DNA from: the human T2T-CHM13v2.0 reference genome, Homo sapiens
Reading direction: 5' to 3' (one strand)
DNA: 64,000 nt
Assembly (NCBI RefSeq): GCF_009914755.1
Contig: NC_060928.1
Position 1 is the stretch's first letter. Each line of letters opens with the position of its first letter. Positions 1 to 12,769 of this stretch are shown in pieces. The notes beneath the pieces were generated by a model. That model did not search any database. It was not told the origin of the DNA and worked only from the letters and a program-made list of their open reading frames with translations. The position numbers and the translations under genes were made by a program.

Positions 1-1190
1 TTCATTTCTATGTGCTTGCAATGAATAATTCAAAAATGAAACCTAAAGAAATTCATTTATAGGCTGGGTGCAGTGGCTCACACCTGTAACATAACAACTA
101 GGTTTTTTATATATAACAACTAAAGCGTAAGTAAGCAAGCAACCAAACAAACAAATAAATTGAACATCGAAAAAATTTAAAACTTCTGTGCTTCAAAGGA
201 CACTATCAAGAAAGTGAAAAGACAACCCACAGGATGGGAGAATATTTTTGCAAATCATATGTCTGGTAGGAATTTAGTATCCAAAATACATAGAAAACTG
301 TTACATCTCAACAATAAAAAGACAAACAACCTAATTTTAAAAATAGAAAGAAATTTGAATAGGTTTATCCAAAGAAGATATGCAAATGCCCAATAAGCAC
401 CTGTAAGGATGCTCAAAATCATTAGTCATTAGGAAAATTGAAATCAAAATCACAAGAGACCATTTTATACTCATGGGTAAGGCTATAATAAAAAAGGAGG
501 ACAATTATTTGTGTGGGTAAAGATGTGAAGATATTAGAACTCTCATTACTGCTGGTGAGAATGGAAAATGGTGCGGCCTTTTTTGAAAACATTTTGGAAG
601 TTACTAAAAATGTTAAACATAGAGTTACCATATGACCCTGACATTTCAATCCTAGGTATATCCTGAAGAACAGTGAAAATATATGTTCCCACCAAAACTT
701 GTACACAAATGTTCACAGCAGCATTATTCACAGTAGCCAAAAGGTGGAAACAACCACAATGTCCATTAACTGATAAATGAATAAACAAAAGGTGGTTTTT
801 TTCAGCCAAAAAAAGAATGAATAGTGATATGTGCTACCACAGAGGTGGATCTTAAAAACAATGTACCAAAAAAATAAAAAATAAAATAAAATAAAAAAGA
901 AGCCCGACTCAAAATGCCACACATTTTAGAATTCCATTTATATGAAGTGTCCAGGTTAGGAAAATCCATAAAGATAGAAAGCTGATGAGTGTTAGCCAGG
1001 AACTGAGAGAAAGAGGGAATAGCAAGTAACTGCTAATGGGAATGGGGTTTCTTTTGGGGTGATAAAAATGTTCTAGAATTAGCTAGTGGTAATTATTGCA
1101 TAACCTTGTGAATATACTAAAAACCACTGGATTGTATATTTTAAAATAGTAAAATTTATGTTATGTGAATTATATCTCAATTTAAAAATA
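1..1190 (+). mobile_element. L1MB-type LINE-1 3' fragment (degenerate ORF2 end plus 3' UTR)
   Basis: ORF2-like peptide KRQPTGWENIFANH at 214-396; L1MB-type terminus ...gttatgtgaattatatctcaatttaaaaataaa. Confidence 0.85.
62..89 (+). mobile_element. Alu 5' head remnant (28 bp)
   Basis: ggctgggtgcagtggctcacacctgtaa matches the Alu start, then stops abruptly. Confidence 0.8.
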
Positions 1191-1294
1191 AATTCAGCTT
1201 ATCTATTAGGTTCTCTAGGCAAAACTTCCTTACTTCTAAGGCTACTCCCAGCACTCCTTCTCCAATTACACTACTGCAGCTCATAGTTCTAGGC

Positions 1295-1855
<561 letters not shown>

Positions 1856-1885
1856 TTAAAGCAATTGTTTTATCTATTATTATGA

Positions 1886-2214
1886 TCGCTATAAACATTC
1901 CCCTAAAATTCATATGTTAAAACCCTAACCCCAAGGTGATGGTATTAGGAGGTAGGGACTTTGGTAGGTGATTAGGTCATGAGGATGGAGTCCTCATAAA
2001 TGCAATGAGTGCTCTCATAAAAGAGACCCCGGAGAGCTCCCGCATCCCTTTTGCATGTGAAAATGCATCAAGAAAATGGCCCTCACCAGACACCAAATCT
2101 ACCAGTTCCTTAATTTGGGACTTCCCAGCTTTCAGAACTGTGGGAAATAAATTTCTGTTGTTTATAAGCCACTCAGTTTATGATATTTTATTATATAGCT
2201 GCCCACACTAAAAT
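1886..2214 (+). mobile_element. MLT1A-family MaLR solo LTR
   Basis: aaaattcatatgttaaaaccctaaccccaaggtgatggtattaggagg...ggacttcccagctttcagaactgtgggaaataaatttctgttg. Confidence 0.85.
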
Positions 2215-4611
2215 AATTATAATTATTATTTGGTATGTCTCTCCAGCATTGTACCCTACTGTCTATCACTATAGGCACTTAGAGATGTGTTGTTTTTGAA
2301 TGGCTGGTCCCAGGGTCTAATTGAAGTCACTCGTGCCTCTTCAGGCTCAGCAACTCAACTATAGTCTGGTAATGATATCTTTGGCCAAACAGTATAGAAA
2401 TAAACAACATGGTGGGTTCAGATCTTACCAACGATCCGAACCCTAATTAGTTGAAAACATACCAAGAATGTTGCAATCTGCTTCTTCTAAAATACATTTG
2501 CTCCAATGACCACAGAAAGAAAGAAACCTGCCTTTGCACTAGGGTCTTTGGAAATTAATAGAAAGTTCTGAGAGACAGTAGTTCTGTGAAAAGGCTTAGA
2601 TTTTTTGGATGCCTGAAAGAATGCTTACACAACCTTGCAGTAAGAGAGTCTAAGAAGAAAAACAAGTTCTATCATTGCTTGTGTTCCCTATCCTGAAGTT
2701 TTCTCTCTCCAAATGACTGTTTTACTCATCAGTTTATAATCTTCTAGCATGACATATATTTTTCAAAGCGCCAACAAACGCTATTTATTCTCTACATGAA
2801 CATTTCTCTTACGTACTCCAGGAAATAAAATATTATACTCAAATGAGTTCAGCTTCTTGTCCTATATGCCAGCCCTGGCAACTGAGCTGTAAGCAATACT
2901 TTTTGAAGTTCACCCTCACATCTACTCAGCAGGAGTGCAAAGCAAGATGAGAAAGTGGCTCATTACTTTTTTTGAGGGAGGATGAGTTCCAGCAAAAAAA
3001 TTAAAACCACAAAATATTTTCCTTGGGTGACATATACTCAGACTCAGCAAAAGTAACTAAAAGATAATTTTTTGGATATGTGTAGCTTTACAAGCAATCT
3101 ATTAAAATATTTTGATTAATACAACATATTAATTTTGTTCTGCAAAATAAAGAAAATGCCTATAGAGTCACCAGGTTTTTCTATAACAATAATCTACTAA
3201 TGTTAGCTTCAAGCCACTCTAGGACATACTGAATTTTCTTCTTTCTTCAATCAAGGGTTTGATGTTGTCTAATGTGAAACAAGGAAGAAAATACATACAC
3301 CTTATATGTATATATATAGGTATATATACACACATAATAAATAAAGCAATAGTATTTGATCTACTAGTCAGTGAAGAAATGTTTTATGATTATAGATACA
3401 ATATTTGGAATATTTGACAACATCACTCTAATTTTATCTTCTTTACACAGAAAAATGATAAAGAGCTTTCCCTCAGTTTAACATTGCAAGCAATCAATGA
3501 GATTAAATGTTGCTTTAATGCCAGAAAACAAAAACAAACAAACAAAAAAGACCTTGGGGCACATTGGAGTTGAAAGGTCTTTTCAAACTGCATTCTTACA
3601 CTCTCCCATTTTTCATTCTTTTCCCATATGGCTGGAAAAGGGGAATAAATTTTATGATGCCCCAAAATGCATATTTTTGAGTTTATTCCTGAAGCAGACA
3701 GCTTCAGAGAAAAAAAAATGAATTAGTTCAATTTTCCATGTTCCTCTACCTCCTACAGTCCTTCAAGTTACTTTGTGGTCATACCACAATCAGCTCTGTC
3801 CACCTTCACTCACAATCTCCTCTCTTATAAAATGACCCCTAACTCTCTCAGGTTCTCTCTATGATTTCTGCCCCAAAGAGCTCTCTTCTCTGACCTCCAC
3901 CCACATTTCCTGCCCACGTAACCTCAGAGTGGCTTTTTAGAAGTGTTTACCTCTTTGCAGTTGTTATGGTGCACTTGCCTCATCCTGTAAAATTGTGGTG
4001 ATGTGGCCTATTTTTCTCATGAGATTTTCAGTAGCTTTATGCACTAATAGAAAATATATGTGTGGTTTCTGTGTGCAATCTAGGAGAAAAAATAGTACCA
4101 TTATGAAGTAGAGGAGTGAAACAGTGGGAAGGGGAAATGAATTTTCCACGAACACATGAGGTTCAAGAGATTTTAGAAGTTCATTTTAATTGGTAGCCCT
4201 TAGCATCCACTCAAAAAATCAGAAATAATAATACTTATAATCACAGCACATTCTGGATGGATGTAGCTTCTGTTAGCTAAACAGAAATCTAGTTTAAAAT
4301 TGCAAAAATCTTTTTCCCTCCCCCGGGCAGTTTTGCTCACAGAAAGCTTGGCTGTTCAGCTATCAAAGCCATTTGTTTTCAGTCTTAACTCTTTTGCAGC
4401 AACAGTTAAGCCAAACCCATAATGGAGGAACATTTTTCTAATAACCTGTGATATGATTAGCTTCTCCAAAGTCCTAAACTAAACTATTTTAGCTTAATCC
4501 CAGTTAACTTAATTGTGGTCACACTCATTTTATTTTTCCTTACCTCCCCTCCTGTCCTTTCCCTTTCATTTTTTTTTCTTTTTTGGTTCTTCCACCATTG
4601 ACCATCTTATG

Positions 4612-4615
<4 letters not shown>

Positions 4616-4675
<60 letters not shown>
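4616..4675. repeat. Perfect (TA)30 microsatellite at the Alu tail position
   Basis: 60 nt of uninterrupted TA directly abutting a minus-strand Alu. Confidence 0.97.
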
Positions 4676-4680
<5 letters not shown>

Positions 4681-4951
4681 GAGATGGGGTCTCGCTCTGT
4701 TGCCAGGCTGGAGTGCGGTGGCACAATCTCGGCTCACTGCAACCTCTGACTCCCTGGTTCAAGCTATTCTCCTGCCTCAGCCTCCCAAGTAGCTGGGATT
4801 ACAGGCACCCACCACCACGCCCAGCTAATTTTTGTATTTTTAGTAGAAAGGAAGTTTCCCCATGTTGGTCAGGATAGTCCTGAACTTGTTATCCACCTAC
4901 CTCGGCCTCCCAAAGTGCTGGGATTACAGGCATGAACCACCCGCCCCGGCC
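4676..4951 (-). mobile_element. AluS (Sc-like)
   Basis: Reverse-complement Alu gagatggggtctcgctctgttgccaggctgg...cccggcc. Confidence 0.93.
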
Positions 4952-5334
4952 ATGATTTATATTTTTTGAATGACTCTTACTTCAACTCTTTTCCCGACAG
5001 GGGTCACACATGTAGTTATTTAAATTTCTCTGTTTTATGAAATGTCTGTCAAGCACCTCCATGCTAAACTGCTTCACCCTAAAATGGGATAGCGAGCAAG
5101 ACCAGACGTGGTCCTGCCCTCAGGAAGCTTATGGCCTAGCAAAAGTGGGTACCTCATTCACATTAATCATTCCATAACCTCAAATGAGACAATGTCCTGA
5201 ACGAAAATAAATAAGATTTTTGAGAAAAAATTTTTTTTAAAATGTGCCAGGACTGAGACACTGAAAAAAAGATTGAAAGCACAGTCTAAGCTGACATCTC
5301 AGGGCTGAGTAGGTTACTCTTGAGAAACAAATCT

Positions 5335-5386
5335 GGCCAGGTGTGGTGGCTCATGCCTGTAATCCCAGCACTTTGGGAGGCAGAGG
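5335..5386 (+). mobile_element. Truncated Alu 5' head (about 52 bp)
   Basis: ggccaggtgtggtggctcatgcctgtaatcccagcactttgggaggcagagg followed by non-Alu sequence. Confidence 0.85.
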
Positions 5387-7045
5387 CTGCAATGCCTGTA
5401 TCAGGAGGCAGAGATAAAGTGTGATTCTTCTGTGAAAGCCTCTTCTAGTCAGCTAGCGAACACATTTGAGTAAAACCCAATAACGACAGGTATGTGGAAG
5501 AGATCGCCATGTTGCAGACCTTTTGTTTTAACGTGTCCAACTTGGCCTTCCTCAGGATTGGAGCTAATTTTCACATGACACAGCTCTAACCTTTTGCAGG
5601 TAAGACCTTTTCATTTGATTTTTCCTCCTTTCCAAGAAAAGTTTTGAGCGTTATTAAAGGCCAAAGTACTGAAACTCTTCTGGTGGAATTTTTCTTCTTT
5701 GTGAATTACTTACAGTGGGACGAATGATTCAAAACCAATACATTGCAGAGTTGGACGGAATGTGAAACAAGCTCATCTCTGCTGTTTCCTCCAGACAGGG
5801 CTACTCTGCTAAACCGTCAAGCAGATGAGGTGTTAATCTTACAGAGCTTTCTCTGTAAAATGTTCTAGGGCCTCACAACCTCTCCACTGGGAAGCTGTTC
5901 AACATCTTACTCCTGTTTTGCACTCTAGGTCCATATTCCTCTTTATTTTAAGTATAGATGAAGAACTCTTCACATACTTGATAATAATTGGTTTCTCTGA
6001 TATTAAAAGAAGTCATGGGTACTAGATACAGGAGCAGATCCAAGTCTAGATGGTGTGGATTAATGTCAAACCAGGCATATCTTTTTTCTCTTTTAATACT
6101 TTTATGGGCTTTTCATTTTATTTCCTCTGAGAAGATGAAGAGTACTCCATAATCACAGGAACTCTCCATGGTTCTCCTTGCTCTCTCAACACATAATTAA
6201 GAAATTCCTACTGGATTCCAGATGCCGTACTAGGAACTGGAATTCGGCAGTGAACAAGACAACCATGTTTCCTATCTTCCTGGAGCCTGCAGCAAGAGTG
6301 GTCTCACCCTGCCCTCTTCTCCTTTCCTCTCCTCCCTGTGTAATACATCATGGGTTTAGAAATGGAGGAGGTGGTCTATTACCCAGGAATGCACTTTACA
6401 TCAAAATCAGGGCCTGTATAACTGAGTCCAGACTCAATCCAAATATCCACAAGGGAAGTCTAGAGAGTTAGGAAAACCAAATCTGTGAGCAAAAATGTCA
6501 ATGGCAAGTAGGCCAACTGTAAGTAAGATATAATCTGGGCACAGGTGTTGCAGACTAAAGCTCCCTTTTGCTAAGGTGCTAACATACCAAAGGGGCCTTT
6601 AGGCAAGGCATCCAGGTATAAAGGCCCAATGGTAAGAATAACCTATTTTCTTTTCTTGTTTTTTACATAAAATGATACAGAAAGTTAGAGTGATTAGGAT
6701 TATTAGCAGGGCTGATGTGAGAGGAAAAGATTATAATAGTTATAACAGCAACAGGTATATCATGTTTTACAACTTGACATGCCTTATTCAGTGTGTTTCA
6801 GTGAAAAGGGGTCAGGCAGACCTGAGTTTCAATCTAGTAGACATTAGCCCTTGGAGAGCAGAGGCTCTCATGTTCTCATTTGCATTCCAGGCTCCTATTA
6901 TTGAACCAGGAGCACTGAAAGGTATTCCACGAATGTGTGTGGATGATGGATGAGTCCTTGCTCGGCTGCCTTTGGGCAGTTTGTTAGTAGAAGAGTCCTT
7001 TCTCTCTTCTTACTCTCATTTTTTCCACATTAAAAAAAAAAGATA

Positions 7046-7348
7046 GATCGGGCGCGGTGGCTCATGCCTGTAATCCCAGCACTTTGGGAGGCCGAGGCGG
7101 GCAGATCCCAAGGTCAGGATATCAAGACCATCCTGGCTAACATGGTGAAACCCCATCTCTACTAAAAATACAAAAAATTAGCTGGGCGTGGTGGCGGGCA
7201 CCTGTAGTCCCAGCAACTCAGGAGGCTGAGGCAGGAGAATGGCGTGAACACGGGAGGCGGAGCTTGCCCTGAGCGGAGATGGCACCACTGCACTCCAGCC
7301 TGGGCAACAGAGTGAGACTCCGTCTCAAAAAAAAAAAAAAAAAAAAAA
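7046..7348 (+). mobile_element. AluY
   Basis: Y diagnostics accatcctggctaac, gagaatggcgtgaac and gagcttgc; A tail; TSD aaaaaaaagata. Confidence 0.95.
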
Positions 7349-8239
7349 GATAAATATGTATGTTTTAATATTGTTTGGCGGGGGGGAGTCAAATGAGAAA
7401 GCAGCTGGTACATGGAAGGTGCTCAATAAATGTATTTCTTTAAAGCTTTATTATTATCTCTGAATCCATTTACTTACCATCAAACTTTAGTGGAACTGGC
7501 CTCAGAAACCCAATTTCTGGCTAACACATAACCCTACATTGGTAATTAGAATCCTCTTCTCTTTCTGGGTCTTGCTTTGAAGTCTGAAGAGGACCTGCTC
7601 GCTACTTATTTTGACTATGGTAATGTTTATTGAATGGCTCTAGGCCATTTGAAATGAGACAAGTATAAAAAATTTAAATTACAGTATTATTACACCATTC
7701 TTAAGTAATTAAATTATTTCAGAATGTAATTTTCATATATTGAAATTTATAATATCAAATTATATGCAATTAGACGCAATTTCTAAGAGATATGAGGGAG
7801 AAATCTATTTAAATTTTCTATTTTGCCAAAGTTACTCAGTTTTAAAACCATTCATTTCACGTGATTCTTTAATTCTTGTAGGCTAAATGACTCACTGAAC
7901 AATTCCTGGACAGCCCTGCCGATATGGACTAGGAAAAAATTAATTGTCCTTGTATATCTGTGCTAAGATTTTGAAATGATTAAAATTTGTATAATAACAT
8001 TAATAATCATTGTAAAGTACAGTACTTCTCATCTTGAAAGGCTTTCATTTCCATCTTTATGCAACCCAGACACATTATGAACATTCTGCAAGGAGAGGAT
8101 AACAGCACAGGCTCACAATCATGAAAAGGAATATTGTGGAACCATATGAAATTTAAGGTAACTGGGGCAAAAGATACACAGTGGGGAGAGGCAGGGTTGC
8201 AGACTGGACTTTTGTCTAGTCATGTTTTTATGAGACATG

Positions 8240-8900
8240 CACAGTACATGGAGAAGCCAAGTGATCCCTGTGGACGATGGAGAGTGAGTGAGAATGACAA
8301 TGATCCACTTGCATTTTAAAAAAGATAAGCTTGGGGCCGGGCACGGTGGCTCACGCCTGTAATCCCAGCACTTTGGGAGGCCGAGGCGGGTGGATCACAA
8401 GGTCAGGAGTTCGAGACCAGCCTGGCCAATATGATGAAACCCTGTCTTTACTAAAAATACAAAGTAAGCCAGGTGTGGTGGTGCATTCCTGTAATCTCAG
8501 CTACTCGGGAGGCTGAGGCAGGAGAATTGCTTGAACCCGGGAGGTGGAGTTTGCAGTGAGCCAAGTCACGCCACTGCACTCAAGCCTGGCCACAGAGTGA
8601 GACTTCATCTCAAAAACAAAAATAAAATAAATAAAAAAGATAAGCTTTGCCACAGGATAGAGGAGGAATTTGAGTCAAAAAGAACTGGAAACAGGAATAC
8701 TAGAGAAGGGGTTGTTTCTACAGTCCAGTTAAGAGGTGATGAAGAACTAAACAAGAAAATGTACTGGTGATGGGAAAAATAGTAAGACACCTGACTCAAG
8801 AGGTGTTCCCGAGGCAAAACTGACAGGATTGGAGATAGAGAATTCTAAGTTGACGCCAATGTTTAAAAGCTTGTAATATAGGGCTGATGAGGATGCAGTG
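8240..8900 (-). mobile_element. L2 fragment interrupted by an Alu
   Basis: Degenerate L2 antisense motifs cttgcattttaaaaaagat...acagtccagttaagaggtgatga. Confidence 0.6.
8335..8631 (+). mobile_element. AluS (Sg-like)
   Basis: Full Alu; TSD taaaaaagataagctt at 8317-8332 and 8632-8647. Confidence 0.95.
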
Positions 8901-9754
8901 AGAGCGTGGAGGATGAGATGTAGGTTACTTTGGCCGCCATTTGCAATTTTTGAATCAAAAGAGATCCACCATGGATTATTGATGAGAACTGTTAATATGT
9001 GTTTAAAATTTCACAGTACTTTCAGATATATTTTCTGGTTAGAGCCATACAATAACTCTGTAAAATAGGTAGATATGCAGATAAGAGAAGTCAAGTCAGT
9101 TGAGTAAGGTCACATGGGATTGTCAGATTATTTGTTTATTATGTCATGTTACTTTTTATTAAACAAAATCAGTGAAATAAAGCTATAGGTAGGAATAAAG
9201 CTATTTCACATTTGAACATTTATGAAATATCTGCTGTGGATGCTTAATATCCATTATTTAATTTAAAAAATAGAATTGCAGAATTTAAATTATGGAAAAC
9301 TGTGATTGCAAATAAATTCAATGCTAATGAATAATATCCTTTTGTGTGTGTATGGTTCTGCATAGAACATTTTATCCTTTTGAAATAAAAGCAATAATGA
9401 ATAAGCTTTGTTGAATTGCTAAAAACAACTATTAATAAGTCTATGTGGGTGATGTTAACAAGTTGAATATTAATGAAGACTATCTCTATTATATTTGTCA
9501 TGAGGCCATTGTCTTTACAGTATGCTAGATTTATGACATCCATAACTATAATAGTTAAACTTAAGATGAAAACATTTTTTATCTCAATTAAAAATATGCA
9601 AATACATACATAATTGCTCAAACTCATTTCAGATGATGTGAGCAAAAATAAATGGCAAAAGAAGCATCAGTTAAATAACAGTAGACTTGAATGCAGGAGA
9701 CCCATATTCCAAGCCCAGCTTTGTGACTGTTACCAGTTTTAGGACCTTGGTTAC

Positions 9755-10137
9755 TGTGATGGTTAACTTTATATGTCAACTTGACTGGCCTAAGAGATGC
9801 TCAGATGGCTAGTCAAATGTTCCTTCTGGGTATATCTGTGAGGGTGTTAACTGGAAGAGATTAGTATTTCTATCAGTAGACTGAGTAAAGAAGATCACCC
9901 TCACTAATGTGAGTGGGCATCATCCAGTCCATTGAGGGCCTCAATAGAACAAAAAGGTAGAGGAAAGGCAAATTATTTCTTTCTTTGGAGCTGTGATATC
10001 CATCTTCTCCTGCTCCCAGACATTGTAGCGTCTGGTTCGTGGGCCTTCAGACTAGGAGTGATTACACTACTGGCTATCCTGGTTTGCCAGCTTGCAGATG
10101 GCAAATGGTGGGACTTCTAGACCTCATAATAGTGTGA

Positions 10138-10207
<70 letters not shown>

Positions 10208-10247
10208 CCTATTGGTTCTATTTCTCTGGAGAACCCTGACTAATACA
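9755..10247 (+). mobile_element. MLT2-family (ERVL) solo LTR inserted in a MIR
   Basis: Starts tgtgatggttaactttatatgtcaacttgactgg, ends ctggagaaccctgactaataca; MIR halves flank it. Confidence 0.9.
10141..10204. repeat. Compound STR (TCTG)5(TCTA)11
   Basis: Counted directly; lies inside the MLT2 LTR. Confidence 0.95.
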
Positions 10248-12769
10248 GTAAATAAATTTACTTCATGTCTCTGAACTTCAGTTTCTTTATCTGAAAAATT
10301 AGAGCATGAAAATAAATAAAGAAAAGTTCTTAGAGACTATAATGTACTCAAGTATAAAATATGGAATAGCCAACCAAGAAAACTATTTGGAAATATTTCT
10401 TGCAAGATGCCTACAGCCTAAGATGTAGAATTCTTCAAATGCATTAAATGCTTTTAAAAATATTGTTTATAGAATTTATTTTTCAAGTTATGTTCTTCTG
10501 GTGTACAAAATATCCCCTCCACTGTCTCTAAAAACCTTATAAAAATACAGTTTTTTACAGTTTATAGTTAAACATGTGAGTACGTGTGTGTGTGTGCGTG
10601 TGTGTGAGACAACAGTGTAAAAAAGATGGATTTTTCTCTTTGGATTATGAACTTCCTCAGTAGATAATTTCAAAGGGAGTGATTTGTCAAAAGACTCCAG
10701 CAGTGTCACCAAAATCAGAAAATAGTTCTTTAAGGTCATCATATTAAAGGCCAAGAATCATTTACATGTAGAAATCCTGCTGAGTTTGCTAAAAGTTTGT
10801 CTTTGTTTCACAGTCACAAGTTGTATTTCTATTCTTCCATTTTCTTGCAAGAGAAAACACTTTAAGTCACACCTGGCACTGAGCTAACACCATAAGCAGG
10901 CTAGCTACATGATGATATTTGAAACAAATTTAAAATTCACTTAATGAACTCAATTATTGTGTCAGCTTATAAATTTTCACACCATTCCTAACATTTTCTT
11001 GTCATTTTTTTCTGTCTTGAGAATGAGGTATCTGCAGTGGATACTGAATCATCAATATCTTCTGCATGGAACTGTATCTAGTTTCTTCATTGTACTCACC
11101 TATATAGATGCATCACAAAAAAAGCTCATTGATACATAGTTCATAATTTGTAATAGTGACTCTAAGATAGCTTTAGTGTGGGACAGTCTCAGAATAATAT
11201 TTTGAATGAAGCAAAAGATTATATACTAGAGAACCACCAATGTATGAGTTAGGACTGGTTTCCACCTTTCCATGGACTATGGTGACTTAAGCAAACATGC
11301 ACTTATTTCTACAAAACAATAAGTTCAGAAGTACGTGGTCCGATTTAAGCCTTCTTGTTTGTCATGTTAAACTGTGACTTATTTTCTCATGCTCAAAAAT
11401 GGCTACTGTATCTTTAGGGGAAGAAAAGAGAATGGAAAGAAGCAGTGTCTGACTCACTCCACTTTAACATTGCATTAAAATTTTTTTTTTCAAAGTTCAA
11501 TGGACTCCAGTTACACTCTAATATATTCAATATATGTGTGGTGGCTTGTCATGTACTCAATTACATGTCATATACCCAAGATCAAAGACTTACTCCATAT
11601 TCTTCATTGTTTAGCTCCTATCCCATACAGAGAGTACCACATATGATTTATTTTTTTCTCATTTTAGATTTGAAGTCATTCTGACTCAGGGATATATTAA
11701 AATGACTGATACATCCTAATTAATTTTGAGTATGTGTGGCTTGAATTATTGGGACATTGAATGCTAACCACTTGATAAACAGTCTTGAAGCTTTTGCACT
11801 TGGAGCCAAATTACTTTGATCTGATTGAGAGCATGAAACAGTCCATATTAGGTTTTATTATTTCTAGGCCATTGCTTCAGTGTGAGAAATCCACATATCA
11901 TTCTCACTACCAGAAGCTCCATGTATCAGTAATGCCAAGAATGGAAATCCTCTCAATGGTGGTACCAAGCCTAAGCACGATCTTTGTGTCAGATGAACTT
12001 TGAGATGCTCATGATTTCTTCCAAATAATAGTGTACATGTTTATGTAGTCAGAGAATCCTCCAGTTTCATTCCCCTTTATATATTTTTAATAGAGTCTAT
12101 TTCAATATATTGCAATATAAAAGTTTTCTCTTTTCTTTCTTTTTAACCTATATCCTACAATCTAGCACAAGCCCGGAACATAGTCAAAAATAAATGTTGA
12201 ATGAACGAATGACTTTGCGCCAGTTTCTAAGCCTCTGTAAACTATAATGTCCTCATTAGTAAGCATATATGTCAAAATGCTTAGCAATCTGGGGTAATAA
12301 AATGCATTAACTTGGAATCAGTTTGCATCCCAGATCCACAATTTATCATCTTTTAGAAACTTCAAAAGTAACTTTTAAATTAATACATGCATTCATTCAT
12401 TAATTTAACTCCATCGACTGCTCTAAACACTGGAAACACATAAGTGGAAAAAATGTTTTCTAGTAGCTCATAGTTCAGTGTAAGAGACAGAGACCAGTGC
12501 ATGATAAATGCTCTATTTCTTTACCTTCAGGTGGGTTAGTAATGCCTGCTTCCCAGATTTGTATGGACTCAGTACACAGGAATCCATGCCTACTCTGCCT
12601 TAAAATATGCAAAAAAGCACTTTTGAAATGTTAAAATGATTTGCTAAATTATTTTAACAACTTTCTTGAAATGTGAAAATGGTCTGAATCACTATTTTCT
12701 CATAAAACAGGGCTAGTACCATGCTTGTTGCATAAGAGAGAGGCTAATTCATTATATGCAAAGGTTACC

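Noticed and set aside
9244-9645. 133-aa minus-strand ORF
   Set aside because: Non-ATG start, Ile/Asn/Phe-rich composition expected from AT-rich DNA, no recognisable domain or exon structure
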